From contig NC_043016.1 of assembly GCF_006345805.1 (NCBI RefSeq), positions 26,722,001-26,786,000 on the forward strand: DNA of 64,000 nucleotides. The letters are read 5' to 3'. Made by a program: the position numbers and the translations under genes. The notes beneath the pieces were generated by a model, which worked only from the letters and a program-made list of their open reading frames with translations, was not told where the DNA came from and did no database searches. Position 1 is the first letter of the stretch, and each line of letters begins with the position of its first letter. The stretch comes from Octopus sinensis (lineage: Eukaryota). Below, piece after piece: positions 48,008-61,629 of the stretch.

Positions 48008-48956
48008 ATACACACACACACATATATAATCATTTAATGTCTATGTTCCATACTGGCATGGGCTGGATGACAGTATCCAATGGTCTCAAGGACTAAATTG
48101 TCTTCCAGTGTCAGTATGGTGTGGTTTCTATGGCTAGGTGCCCTTCTTAATGCCAGTCACTTTACAGTGTGTACTGGGTGTTTTTGTTTTGTTTTTTTCT
48201 TACCGCCAGCACTAATGCGATTGCCATGCAACTTGCAAGACCACAGTCCTTGAATTGGAACTTCATGCTAGGAGAACAAGAAGTAGAGAGGGGTAAAGCA
48301 TGAGAAAAAAGAGCAGAAACAAGCAGGTAGGTCTCTTGTTGAAAAGGAGCTACAGCACTATTCATGCTTTAGAAGAGAGGGAGGGGAAGCTAAAAATTGG
48401 TGATTAAGTGTCACAGTGAACTCTCAAGATACAGGACAATTAGGAATGAATAGGGCAGAGGTGACAGAAATGAGTGGGAAGAGTTGGGATGTCTTATTCA
48501 GGGCAGTGAACAGGGGGATAAAAGAAAGCTGGTGGTTATGAGGTTAAGTTGTAGGAGTTGATGGAGAAGAAGGAGAAGCATGTACTTTGTATGAGGAAGA
48601 TGGGTTGTATGGGTGCGTGTGGTGGTGGAGGAGATAATTTGATGGTACAGTGAGGGGGTGATCAATAAAAGTATGAGTGGAGATAAGAATTAAGTGGAGA
48701 TAAGAACAATGGGTGACAAGTGAAGTGGTTCTGGGCAGGATTAAAAGCTGTATCAAGGAAGAACAGCAGTTAGGGAGGTGATGGGTGGTGGTTATCTTGA
48801 GAAGGAAAGAATTGAATGGAGGAACCAATTGTGCATATATATATATATATAAGAAAATATAGGGGATCAAGAGGTGGTATTCATCAACTTTTAGACATTA
48901 TATTATGTCTACTTATTTATTAAAAAAAACAAAAAACAATCATAACAATATACAGA

Positions 48957-50992
48957 CATCATTATCATCATCATCATCGTTTAACGTCCGTTTTCCATGC
49001 TGGCATGGGTTGGACGATTTGACTGAGGTCTGGTGAACCAGATGGCTGCACCAGACTCCAGTCTGATCTGGCAGAGTTTCTATAGCTTGATGCCCTTCCT
49101 AACACCAACCATTCCGAGAGTGTAGTGGATGCTTTTACATGCCACCTGCACGAGGGCCAGTCTGGCGGTATTGGCAATGGCCAAGCTCAAAATGGTATTT
49201 TTTACGTGCCACCTGCACAGGAGTCAGTCCAGCGGCATTGGCAACGACCTCGCTTGAATGCTTTTTCACGTGCCACTGGCACTTGTGCCGGTGGCATGTA
49301 AACAAAAGCACTGTCAGTAAGGTGAGGGTTGGCAATGAGTACAGTGAAGAATTCCAGGTAGAGGTAGTGGTCCACCAAGGTTCAGTCCTCAGCCACTCCT
49401 ATTTATCATAGTCCTCCAGGCAATAACAGAGGAATGCAAGACAGGATGCCCCTGGGAGCTCCTCTATGCTGATGACCTAATTGCTGAGTCACTATCAGAA
49501 CTAGAGAAGTATCAGGTGTGGAAACAATGATTAGAATTGAAGGGCCTTAGAGTCAACCTAGCTAAAACTAAAGTCCTAATAAGTAGGAAGGCAGGCAAAC
49601 CACAAATCCCTTCAGGTAGTTGATCCTGTTTAATCTGTAGAAAAGGTATAGGTATAAACTCTATAAGATGTACCCAGTGTAAGCTATGGACACATAAGAG
49701 GGGCAGCAATATCAAAGGAAGGCTAACTGGGAAGATAGTTTTTGTATGTGGCAGATGCTCAGGAGCAATAAACACTGAAAATGTGTAGAGAGCAACTTCC
49801 ACCACATTCCAGGGAGAAAAACTAGAAGCAGTTGATAGCTTCCGTTACCTAGGTGACCAAGTCAGTAGCAGGGGAGGGTGTGCAGAAAGTGTTGCTGCAA
49901 GAATAAGAATAGCCTGGACAAAGTTTAGAGAGCTCTTACATCTGCTGGCAACAAAGGTCCTCTCACTCAGAGTAAAAGGCAGACTGTATGACGCATGTGT
50001 ATGAACAGCTATGCTACATGGCAGTGAAACATGGGCCATGACTGCTGAGGACATATGTAAGTTTGCAAATAATGAAACCAGTATGCTCCAATGGATGTGT
50101 AATGTCAGTGTGCATACTCAACAGAGTGTAAGTACCTTGAGAGAAAAGTTGGACCTAAGAAGCATCAGATGTGGTGTGCAAGAGAGATGGCTGCGCTGGT
50201 ATGGCTATGTGGCGAGAATGGATGAGGATAGCTGTGTGAAAAAGTATCACACCCTAGTGGTTGAGGGAACCTGTGGAAGAGGTAGACCCAGAAAGACCTG
50301 GGATGAGGTGGTGAAGCATGAATATTAGGCCTCACCGAGGCAATGACTAGTGACCTTTGGAAATATGCTGTGCTTGAGAAGACTCGGCAAGTCAAGTGAG
50401 ACTACAACCTCATGGCCTATGCCAGGGGTGTAACCAGCCCACTTATGCGTACCTTTCCTTCATTGGACACTAAACTCTACTTGCGAAAACCTGTTGAGGC
50501 AAGTGAAATCGAAATCGAAATCAAATTCGATGACTGGCATCCACGCTAGTGGAGCACTAAGAGCACCATCCAAGTGTGATCATTGCCAGAGCAGCAAACT
50601 GGCTTCTGTGCTGGTGACATGTTAAAAGCACCATTCAAATGTGATCGTTACCTGCGTCACCTTACTGGCACTTGTACCAGCAGCATGTGAAAAAACATTC
50701 GAGCGAGGTCGTTGCCAATGCCGCTTGACTGGTTCCTTGCAGGTGGCATGTAAAAAACACTATTTGAGCATGGCCATTGCCAGTACCGCCTGACTGGCCC
50801 TCAAGCCGGTGGCACGTAAAAGCACCCACTACACTCTCAGAGTGGTTGGCGTTAGGAAGGGCATCCAGCTGTAGAAATTCTGCCTGATCAGATTGGAGCC
50901 TGGTACAGCCATCTGGTTCGGCAGTCCTCAGTCAAATCATTCAGCCCATGCTAGCATGGAAAGTGGACGTTAAACGATGATGATGAGGAGGA
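48957..50992. mobile_element. Head-to-head RTE pair: minus 3' UTR fragment (48957-49290) joined to a plus 5'-truncated RT+UTR copy (49308-50992)
   Basis: The plus part reads GCPWELLYADD, AMLHGSETW, GRGRPRKTWDEVV. Both outer ends have (GAT)n tails. The junction is a small palindrome. Confidence 0.9.
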
Positions 50993-50999
50993 TATATAT

Positions 51000-51034
<35 letters not shown>

Positions 51035-51261
51035 ATCATTTATATATATATATATATATTATATATATATATATATATACACACACATATATATAAATTA
51101 AATTAGAGATAAAACACTATTTGAGCATGGCCATTGCCATTGCCTAATAGTTGTTTTATCTCTAATTTAATTTATATTTATTTACACTGTGAAATTGGAT
51201 TTAATCCTAAATCTAATTTTTCCTTGTAAGTTTGGATCTACTCCCTAATATTATTATTATT

Positions 51262-51303
<42 letters not shown>

Positions 51304-51305
51304 TC

Positions 51306-51338
<33 letters not shown>

Positions 51339-51341
51339 ATC

Positions 51342-51388
<47 letters not shown>

Positions 51389-51416
51389 CATTTATATATA
51401 TATATATATAATATAT

Positions 51417-51449
<33 letters not shown>

Positions 51450-52190
51450 GCTTGAGCATATTCGTGTTGACATGGACAGATCTTCTCAGAACTGCATTTT
51501 GCCAGCCATCTTTGTCCTTTGCTATCTCCTCCATGAGGTTCAAAGTCCTGAGTTCAGTCTTCATCTTTTCCCATGTCTTTCTGAGTATTCTACTTCTGCA
51601 AGTTTCATCCACTCCTAGTAACCAACACTTCTTTATACACCTGTCCTCACTCACATGCATCATATGCCCATAGTAGTGCCGTCTTCTTGCACCCTACATC
51701 TAATTTCTCTCATGTCCAGTTTTTAACTCAGTATCTTTGTACTATTTCTTTCGTGCACACTCGCATTGCACATCAAATGGAGCAAGCTTGCTTAGCTTCT
51801 TTCCAGTCTTCTCAAGTGTTTTGCATCCAAGGCCCATGTCTCATTACAATGCAGTATTGCACTTCACACTCAGATGTGATGCAATCTGCCCTTCGCTCTA
51901 AGGAAAAAGATCTTTGCCAACAGCTGTGGTAGCAGCACCCTCAACTTTCTCCAAACTCTTCTTATTCAGAGCAACCACCTCTCATGATAATTACATCAAG
52001 GTAACAAAAGCTATCAACAACTTCTAGTGAGTCCTCCGAGCATTTAAGAGTAACTATTTCTGGTGTGCTCCTATGTACAACTCCGGTGCATGTATTACAT
52101 ATGAAGCTTACATTCTCAAATACCCTGCATTTCACATCTCTTGTTTGGCCAGAGTTTACATTGGGTACATCATCATTGTTTAACATATAG
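51450..52190 (-). mobile_element. Old diverged RTE RT C-terminus
   Basis: [35 protein letters not shown]. Confidence 0.7.
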
Positions 52191-52333
52191 CGTTTATACT
52201 TAAAACCATCATCTTTGACAGGTTTACCATAAGACCTCTCAATTGTATGTTAAGTTTTCATGCCTGGAATTTCCTCTCTAATTCCCCTATAGATTTTAGT
52301 TATGTTTCTTCTGTAAATCCACTATAGATTCAG

Positions 52334-52385
<52 letters not shown>

Positions 52386-52399
52386 ACACATGAGTGTGT

Positions 52400-52430
<31 letters not shown>

Positions 52431-55400
52431 CATGTGTATGTATGTAAGAATATTTCTACACACATACACATATATATCATCAACATCATCATTATCTTTG
52501 AATGTCCCTCTTCCATGCATGCATGGGTAGGACTGTTGACAGGAGCCAACCAGGGAGGAAAACTACGAGGTTACTGTGTCTGTTTTGGCCAGGATATCCA
52601 AAACAGCTGGATACCCTTTCTAACATCAACCACTCAGCAGAATGGGCTAACTGCTTTTTACATGGCACTAGTACAGGCGAGGTTTGTTTTGGTATGATTT
52701 TTTTAGCTAGATGCCCTTCCAAACGTCAACCACATTACAATGTGAACTAGATGCTTTTAATGTGGCACCAGCACTTGTGAGTTACTTGGGTAACCAAGTA
52801 ACTCACAAGACAAAGAATTATGAGAGAGGGGGCCAGGCATTTTGAGGAGGGGAACTTGTGTCAGAGGATAAAAGATTAGAGTATGACAAAGAGACAGAAG
52901 CATATGTCTTGCCACAATAGAGAGAAGATTAGAGGAGATGATCCAGAATCAGATGATGAAAGGTTAGAGTGTAACAGAGAAATAGAGAGGCAGAAATAGA
53001 TGTCTTGCTATAGAGGAGGTACATGGTTACCTAGTAAGATAGAGAATTAGTGAGAGGTACAAGAAAGAGGCCAGAAACAAGTGTGCTGATGTAAAGGAGA
53101 TACTTGGTTACCTTGTCAGAGGAAAAACAATAGAAGAGAGAGACAGAGAGACAGAGAGTAGGAAACAACAAAAGTGTAAGAGAGAGCAAAAGAAAGATGG
53201 TGTAGTACCAGGGTATACAAGTAACAAGAATATGAACTTAGAAGCTGATTAGAGAAATAGGGTGTGGGTGTTGGGGATGTGGGAAGCAGCGATACAGGGA
53301 GCAGGGTAGTGAGGGTAAGAAAGGGGGATTGGAAACACAATCATAATTTACGAAGAGGAAATGTGAGGAAGAGAATGATGCAGTTAGAAGAGGAGTTGAA
53401 GATTTCAGAAACAGAAACTGAAAGAAGCCCGTTGTGTGTGTGTGTGCGCGCGTGCGCGAGCGTGTGTGTGTGCGTGTGCACGCGCGTGCAAGCGTGTGTG
53501 TGTGTGTCTGTTTGTCCTTCACCACTGCTTGACAACCAGTGTTGGTGTGCTTGCATCACCTAGCTTAGTGGTTCAGCTAAAGAGACTGATAGAATAAGTA
53601 CTTGGCTTGAAAAGAAAATAAGTGCTGACGGTCAATTGCTTTGACTAAAGTTCTTTAGGGTAATGCCCTAGCATGGCTGCAGTTTTGTGACTGAGGCACA
53701 TAAAAGATAAAAGATATTGTGTGTTTAGTGGCAACTACATACAATGCCAGAAAAGTGAGGTGCAGCAATGTAGTTTTGTATGTTGGGAGAGTAGTGTAGG
53801 GAAGTTGATTAAGTGACTTTTGGTATGCATTATTTTCTACAAGAAATTCAAAAATATTTCAACCCATAAATACATATCCAACACCAGCAAGCATCAAGAG
53901 CAGGCCCACTTAATACACACATGCATACACCTGAAAGGTTGTTGAAGGAAGAAAATGCAAGTGAGAGAGAGAAGTCTACTCCAAGGAAACTCAACAGGGG
54001 GACCAACCATTGAGAAAGCAACTTGTCTGTTAGAGTTAGCCTGTAAGTCGCTGAAAATATCAAATGAACAATGTCATATACAAGTCACACACTAAATCAT
54101 TTAGCAAAGGAAGATGTTGCATCCAGTGACTGGTATAGCAGTATCATCATCAGCTGTTACAATGCAAGGGAAACATATTAGAGGGGACAAACTACAAAGG
54201 CATCAAGTTAATGAATCAGGTTATGAAAGTTACTGGAAATATTAAGATACAACAACTAGGAAGAGAATTAGCCAAGATGAGATACAGTCAAGATAACATG
54301 TCAAACAGAGGCACAAATGTTTCATAGTAAAACAACTATAAAAAAAAATACTTCACTACGAATGAGCTGCCGTACTTAACAGTTGCTGGCCTGAAGAAGG
54401 CTTCTCATAGAGTACTACACTCTTTAATCTGGTGGTCACTAGGAAGTTAGGATTAAATTAATAGTTTCTGACAGCCCTAAATATCTTGTACAGTGATACA
54501 CTCAGCAAGATGTGAGTGAGAGACTACTTGAGCATGCAGGGAGTGAGCCTTTAAGACTCAGTCTTCAACCCCCTTGTTTGTCATGTACCACAGGCCTGAA
54601 CAGAGGAGTTTAAACAATGTCTATGGAAACTCCTCTATACTAACAATCTAAGGCCTACGATTGAATCTGTAATACTGAAGAGAATTTAGATATAGAAGCA
54701 AAATCTAAAATTAGAGCAAAGTAAACTTTAGATAGTAGGACATAACATAGGCCTCTGATAATATCAGAAAAATTATTGCTCTCACTTTACAGAAAAGAAG
54801 TAGGCAGGAATTCTATATACTCTGGGTAAAACAAGAAAGCATAAAATATTCTGTGGGATCACAGGTGACAATGAAATGCTGTGTAAAATTTCCCTTGAAA
54901 TTAATCAGTTTTCTAAGGATACCATATATATATTCTAAGGATATCATTACATATTATGAGTTTGGTTTTATAAACCACAGACAACCTTTAAGAAGGAGGA
55001 TCCTATCAAAGGACTGTTAGTGGAATCAGCAGCTGCAGGATGGAGCATGATACTGGAGTGTGTATTTTTTTCCTTTTTTTTTCTGTTGTAGTTATGCTAT
55101 CAAGACAGGTGCAGGGGCAAGGAAAAACTCTACTTTGTTCATCTTCACCTGAACACTGTGGGACCAAAGAAACAACTTACCCAGTATGACATAGGAAATT
55201 CTTGATAGGGCCTCTTCTTAATTGAGCCTGTAACTGCCAACTTTACATCTGTGAGAAGATCCTTATTTTGCAACAGCCTGCAAGATCTATCACCAGAAAA
55301 ATAACCTTATTGTTTTGGTGCCATCAAAGAAACGCCCAATCTCCAAATTATTGGCCACTAACACCCAGGAAAAATAATTACCTTAATTTTATCTGATTGG

Positions 55401-55817
55401 CATGCAAATACAAGGGACACAATTCCTGCTTGTTCATATTGAGATTATTCTCCTTGCACTGACCATTGCCACGTACACTAGACGACAAAAATATCCACAT
55501 AACATGCCAAGACATCTGATATTGCAACACTATCAACCTTGTCATGTGAAACAGTGGCAGCAGGCAAACATCTCCATCAGCAGTTGATGTTGATGTCAAT
55601 TTTTTTACACATGGAAGGCTAGTTTGCACTGCCAGGTTATATGTTCCACATGAAACAATAAATAAAAGCATCTGAGGTCACTGACTTGTCAACTCCAAGA
55701 CATGACCAGGAATGACCAATGACAGCCCCTAACTATTTTCACTTAGAAGCTATAGTTCTTCCTGTTCATCATTTTGATTCCAAGTGAGACTGAATTAATC
55801 TGCTATATATATATACA

Positions 55818-56900
55818 TATTGGGTTGGTCAAAAAGTCTGTTCAGTTTTTTAATTGCAGTTTAGTCACAAGTTTTATACACAAAGTGGTTTATTCAATCA
55901 GTAATATAATTACTCTTTCATTCCAACATCTTCTACCATCTTTTGGGCTGATCCATTATTCTCTGCTCAAAGAATTTCCTGTCTTTTCTGGCAAAAATCT
56001 CTTCCAGGTGAATTTTTACATTCTCTTCAGAGTTGAAGGTCTGACTGTTTGATTAATCTTGAAGAGCCTGAAACAGGCAGAAATTTGAAGACACAATGTT
56101 GGGCAAATATGTGGCAAAACTCCCAGACCAAACTCCAAGTAACTTCTACTGCATCTGTAAAGAAGAGTGTGGTCTGGCATTGTCATGATGAAAGACAATA
56201 TCTTTATGATTAGCACTTGCTAATCATAAAGATACTTCTGATGGATAGCTGTATTTAATTGATCCAGCTGGTCACAGAACAAATCCAAATTGATGGGAAG
56301 AAGCTTGTAAAAACAACACCCTTCCAATCCCATCAAATTGAAAGCATAACCTCCATCAGATGAGGTCTTGCTTTGGAGGTTATTTGTGGTGGTTAGCTGC
56401 ACTTCAACCATGATCACTTGCACTTCACATTGTTATTTACAATCCATTTTCTGTCCCCTGTCAATATTCTCTCCAAAAACAGAATTGTTTCCTTCACATT
56501 TCTGCAATGAATTGCAGATGGAAATCTGTTGGGTGAGGTTTGTCTCATTCAACTAATATGGAACCCAAACACCAAGCCTGCTGATGTAACCAAATTGATG
56601 CAGATGGTTTTCAACGCTTGACTTGGATATTTGGGGAACATCTGCGATCATCCTGATTGTAGAACAGGTATTGGCATTGTTGTTAATCTCAGCTAGCTGG
56701 CCAGAGCAAGGTGTGTCTTCAACCAAAAGTTTCCTGATCAAAACTTTGAAAGCCACTTCTGGCACACACATACTATAACAGCACCCTCTCTGTACATAGT
56801 GCATATCTTCTAGCAGATTTCTGCCATTTTCTTACCTTTTCTAAGATAAAGAAGCATGAAGTGTCTATAATGTTCATTTTCACTCTCTGTTTTTAGGGTG
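55818..56900 (-). mobile_element. Decayed mariner transposon
   Basis: TA-ttgggttggtcaaaaagt terminus; minus-strand ISKSSVENHLHQFGYISRLGVWVPY (WVPH-like motif) and HHDNARPH. Confidence 0.75.
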
Positions 56901-57310
56901 ATCCCAAGCATACAAAATACAACCTGTCGCATCTCAAATTAACATCAAACTATGTCCAAATGTCAAGTATCTGACAAGTGTGCATGAGCAAGGGACAGAC
57001 TGAAGTTAGCTACATATTAGAGTATTTGAAGCTTAGTGTTAGCAAAAACTGACCAGGCATTTTGGTTATCGCCATATTCCTTTTCATGTCAGCTAACTCT
57101 GAAGAGCATAAGTTTATATAATTGGATTGTTACCTAACACTCCATTGTATTCTTTGCATGAAACCAATTGGTAAGATAAGCCGTGATGTATATATAATAC
57201 TATACATTTCAGATAATACGCACACTCTACTGACAGATATATGAGTGCATCTTTTCTCTGACTTATGGACTCTTAGACAACTCATGTATGTATATATACA
57301 TATCTGCATA

Positions 57311-57367
<57 letters not shown>

Positions 57368-57371
57368 CTGT

Positions 57372-57413
<42 letters not shown>

Positions 57414-57417
<4 letters not shown>

Positions 57418-58145
57418 TCATCATCATCATCATCATCGTTAACGTCCGTTTTCCATGCTAGCATGGGTTGGACGGTTCAACTGGGGTCTGGCAAGCCCGA
57501 AGGCTGCACCAGGCCAGTCAGATCTGGCAGTGTTTCTACAGCTGGATGCCCTTCCTAACGCCAACCACTCCGAGAGTGTAGTGGGTGATTTTATGTGCCA
57601 CCGACACAGGTGCCAGACGAGGCTGGCAGACGTCCACGCTCGGATGGTGTTTTTTATGTGCCACCGACACAGGTGCCAGACGAGGCTGGCAGACGGCCAC
57701 GCTCGGATGGTGTTTTCTTATGTGTCACCGACACAGGTGCCAGACGAGGCTGGCGAACAGCCACACTCGGATGGTGTTTGTTACGTGCCCTCAGCACGGA
57801 GGCCAGTCGATGCGGTACTGGCTACGGTCATGTTCGGATGGTTTTCTTATGTGCCACCGGCACTGGTACCACAAGGATACAAATTCCATTGATGTTCATC
57901 TATTTTGATTTGGTTTGATTTGATTTGATTTGATTTGATTTGATTTTCACTTGCCTCAACAGGTCTTCACAAGTGTCACAAGAAGGAAGGTATGCACAGG
58001 TGGACTGACTATGTCCCAGGTAGGGGCCACGGGTTATGGCTTCACTAGTCTTGCCGGGTCTTCTCACGCACAGCATACTTCCATAGGTCTCGGTCTCTAG
58101 TCATTTCCATGGTGAGACCTAACGTCCGAGGGTCGTGTTTGTGCT
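57414..58145 (-). mobile_element. RTE 3' end (third UTR subtype, 5 hairpin units)
   Basis: RTLGLTMEMTRDRDLWKYAVREKTRQD*, UTR array, (CAT)n tail against (TA)n. Confidence 0.9.
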
Positions 58146-58204
58146 CATGTAAGCTCACTCCCTCCATCAAATCAACATTACCTGTACAGGTGCACCATGA
58201 TATA

Positions 58205-58560
58205 TATATACTAGCAGGATGCCCAGTGTTGCTCTGGTTTTTTCCTATTCGACCCTTTAGAATTGGAATTTTTGAAAAGTAAAAATTTTGCATTATGTAG
58301 CTCTTTAAGTGAACATTTTTCTGGTTGAAATACACTGAAAAATGGCGACACAGCAGTAAAAAAATCGTAAAAAAAGGGATTCTCATAGAAAAAAGCACCT
58401 TTTTGATGTAAATAATTTTTGGTGTTAACATAGTCCAATTTGAATTTTTTCTTCTATGGAAGGAAGAGCAAGCCTTCTATCATACTCTCAATTTTGGTCA
58501 ACTTGCGCTGCAGGGTCTCAGGAAAGATAGTGTTAGCTGAAAGCTACCAAACCTGCCAAC
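58205..58560 (+). mobile_element. Possible non-autonomous Helitron/Helentron-like element
   Basis: Starts tatatactagcaggatgcccagtgttgctctgg, resembling ACTAG..CCCGGCGTTGC starts of such elements. The 3' hairpin was not identified. Confidence 0.3.
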
Positions 58561-58578
58561 ACACACACACATATATAT

Positions 58579-59495
58579 GGCCAGGTCGGAGCAATCTCAA
58601 GATTAATCAGCTGAAATTGCGAGGATGATCCGGTTCTTGACTGAAGATTGAAGGCTTCGAATGTCCTGTCCGTGTTTTTTGTATCGTCTTCTAAATGTTC
58701 TGTGTTCTTGTCCCAGTTTGTATTTTTTTACATATACATATATATATAGCGGCGCCCGTACCCTTTTTGGTCTTATATGTAAGTACATATTTCTTTAAAC
58801 TTGGTACGACTCTATAACACTGTCTCTCTCTCCCCCCTCTCCTACATTTCTCTGCCTTTCACACTTTGCACTCCACTTTGATCTGTCTCTTTCTCTCTCT
58901 CTCTTCTCCTCCTCCTTTGTTCCTTGTTCCCCTTTTTTCTCTCTTCATCTGTCCCTCTTTTCCTCTCTCTTCTCCTCACACATGACTAACTGACCGACTG
59001 TTGGCCTTTTTGTGGTTAGCAGCCGTCGCGGCAAGACACATTTTTTTTCTCTCTTTGCCCCAAGGCATTTTTCTAATGCACCAGCTCGAAGTTCACTCGC
59101 CCTGTTGAAAAGACGCCTGTCTGTGACGTCCTGTTTTTGTTATTATTATTATCATTATTGTTTTTACGTATTTTCGTATTCTTATTTGTGTTATCATTAT
59201 TGTTTTTACGTATTTTTGTATTCTTATTCGTGTAACATCGTCCGTTTTCCCGTCCTTGTTTTGTATACATTCGAGGCTTTCTTCCAAGGAATCTAATGCG
59301 CTTGGCTTAGATTTTTCCTTTGGGGCTGGCCAGGTTGGAGCAATCTCAAAATTATCAGCCAAAATTGTGAGGATGATCCGGTTCTTGACTGAAGATTGAA
59401 GGCTTCGAATGTCCATCCGTGTTTTTTTGCATCGTCTTCTAAATGTTCTGCGTTCTTGTCCGGTTTGTATTTTTTTACATATACATATATATATA
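58579..59495. repeat. Partial tandem repeat, about 165-bp direct repeats with 749-bp period (Penelope-derived pseudo-LTR candidate)
   Basis: 58579-58745 closely matches 59328-59495. The interior is CpG-rich and contains a 42-bp internal tandem duplication near 59150-59230. Confidence 0.7.
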
Positions 59496-59500
59496 TCTGA

Positions 59501-59535
<35 letters not shown>

Positions 59536-59799
59536 ATATGTATGTATACATATATATTTGTAGCCACTTTAACATGGCTGTCCATTTGAGCAGATTCTAC
59601 TGCAACTTTTTAACCCCAAGAGGATATCTCCTCTAGCTGATTAGCAAAGCACAGCTGCATCCGATATGATTGTGAGCAGGGGAGCAAATCCCTACCATAT
59701 ATATATATATATAAAATATCAATGTGCTACTGTTTGTTGGTAGTTGCCCATTGAATGTGATGATTGCTTATTACTTTATTTGTTAATTTTTTGATGACC

Positions 59800-60520
59800 A
59801 TACATACCCCTATCCTTACTTCGGGTAGAGTTGAGAGTATGTTTTCTCCATAACTTTAACCTCTCTCCAAAAGAAGAGTACTGAAGTAAACAAACTGTTT
59901 TAAGATTTGATATTGGTCTTCTTTAAAGCTGTCTTAAGCTGGTCTTTGAACCATTTCTTTGATCCCCTAGCCATGTCTGTGGATAAAACCTGAGGGATAA
60001 AAATGACACAGACATGTGCATTACATGATATTCGTACCATGTAGATTTAAAGCTGTAAGTGTGCATTCTTGAGAAGATTTCTGCATATCTCAACAGGTAC
60101 ATGAAAGGATCTTTAAGAGACACTGGATAATAAACCTCTCCGGGGTCTTTATCAGCTGACTCTGGATTGACCTGAACTTAAACAAGTCCATGGATGGACA
60201 TGCTAGATAATGTAGTCCCAAATATACTATGCCTGAATAAAAGACAGGATGGTCTTGGTTGGATTGTTTTTGGTTATAGGTCTACTGGGTCAGGATTTAC
60301 CAAGCGCTAAACAAAGAAGGTTACATCAAATATTGTTGTCCCAAATGCAATATGCCTGATTAAAAGACTACTAAGTAGAAACACAGACAGCCTGGTCAGT
60401 AAAACAGAAAATAAATGGACAAACATATTCATAATGTAATCCTCACAACATAGTGTGTGTGTCAAGGCTAATCCATTGAAAAACACAAGTGTAGTCAATG
60501 CAAAGGGCTTCTACGGTTTC
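59800..60520 (-). mobile_element. Old BovB-like RTE RT C-terminal relic
   Basis: PERFIIQCLLKIL..C*D and G.KEMVQRPA*DSFKE resemble LERFH..CLR.IL...W.D and KKRFKD.LK.SLK. Weak. Confidence 0.35.
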
Positions 60521-60704
60521 CCCTCTAAGCAATTTCACAGACAAAGCTTAGCTTGACCCATAGCTACAGTAAAAAACAAAATTTAATGAAAATATGGGAG
60601 AATCAAATCCACAGGCATGATGAATGCAAAGCAAAATTCTCAACCACACAGTTGCATTTGCATTCATACATATATATGCATACAATCACATTATATATAT
60701 ATAT

Positions 60705-60755
<51 letters not shown>

Positions 60756-60773
60756 CTATATATATATATATAT

Positions 60774-61529
60774 ATCATCATCATCATCATCATCATCATT
60801 TAACGTCCGCTTTCATGCTAGCATGGGTTGGACGGTTCAACTGGGGTCTGGGGAGCCTGAAGGCTGCACCAGGCCATTCAGATCTGGCAGTGTTTCTACA
60901 GCTGGTGCCTTACCTAACGCCACCACTCCGAGAGTGTAGTGGTGATTTATGGTGCCACCCGACACAGGTGCCAGACGAGGCTGGCGAACAGCCACGCTCG
61001 GATGGTTTTTTTATGTGCCAACCGACACAGGTGCCAGACGAGGCTGGCGAACGGCCACGCTCGGATGGTGTTTTTATGTGCCACCGACACAGGTGCCAGA
61101 CTAGGCTAGTAGCAGATGACCACGCTCGATGGTGTTTTTTTATGTGCCACCGACACAGGAGCCAGATGAGGCGGCGATCGGCCACGATCGGATGGTGATT
61201 GTTACGTGCCCACAGCATGGAGGCCAGTCGGTGCGGCACTGCTTACGGCCACGTTCGGATGGTTTTCTCGTGTGCCACCGGCACTGGTACCACAAAGATA
61301 CAAATTCCATTGATGTTCATCTATTTTGATTTGTTTGATTTTTTGATTTGATTTTCACTTGCCTCAACAGGTCTTCACAAGTGTCACAAGAAGGAGGTAT
61401 GCACAGTGGACTGACTACGGTCCCAGGTAGGGGCCACGGGTTATGGCCTGACTAGTCTTGGCCGGGTCTTCTCACGCACAGCATACTTCCATAGGTCTCG
61501 GTCTTTAGTCATTTCCTTGGTGAGACCTA
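60774..61529 (-). mobile_element. RTE 3' end (same subtype as 57.4 kb, 6 hairpin units), running into the gap
   Basis: Highly similar to 57414-58145, with many small indels. Confidence 0.88.
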
Positions 61530-61629
61530 NNNNNNNNNNNNNNNNNNNNNNNNNNNNNNNNNNNNNNNNNNNNNNNNNNNNNNNNNNNNNNNNNNNNNNN
61601 NNNNNNNNNNNNNNNNNNNNNNNNNNNNN
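61530..61629. other. Assembly gap (100 N)
   Basis: Run of N flanked by RTE sequence in opposite orientations. Confidence 0.99.

Noticed and set aside
55150-55700. Perfect minus-strand donor (G|gtaagt at 55175-55180) and a 97-aa ORF
   Set aside because: Acceptors are weak, and fragments such as KVIFLVIDLAG and QAQLRRGPIKNFLCH suggest a decayed pogo DDE domain. A single GTAAGT is expected by chance.
57414-61529. The 57.4-kb and 60.8-kb RTE ends as a segmental or haplotype duplication
   Set aside because: Flanking unique sequence differs and the unit number differs (5 versus 6), so they look like independent insertions. The second copy has error-like indels near the gap.
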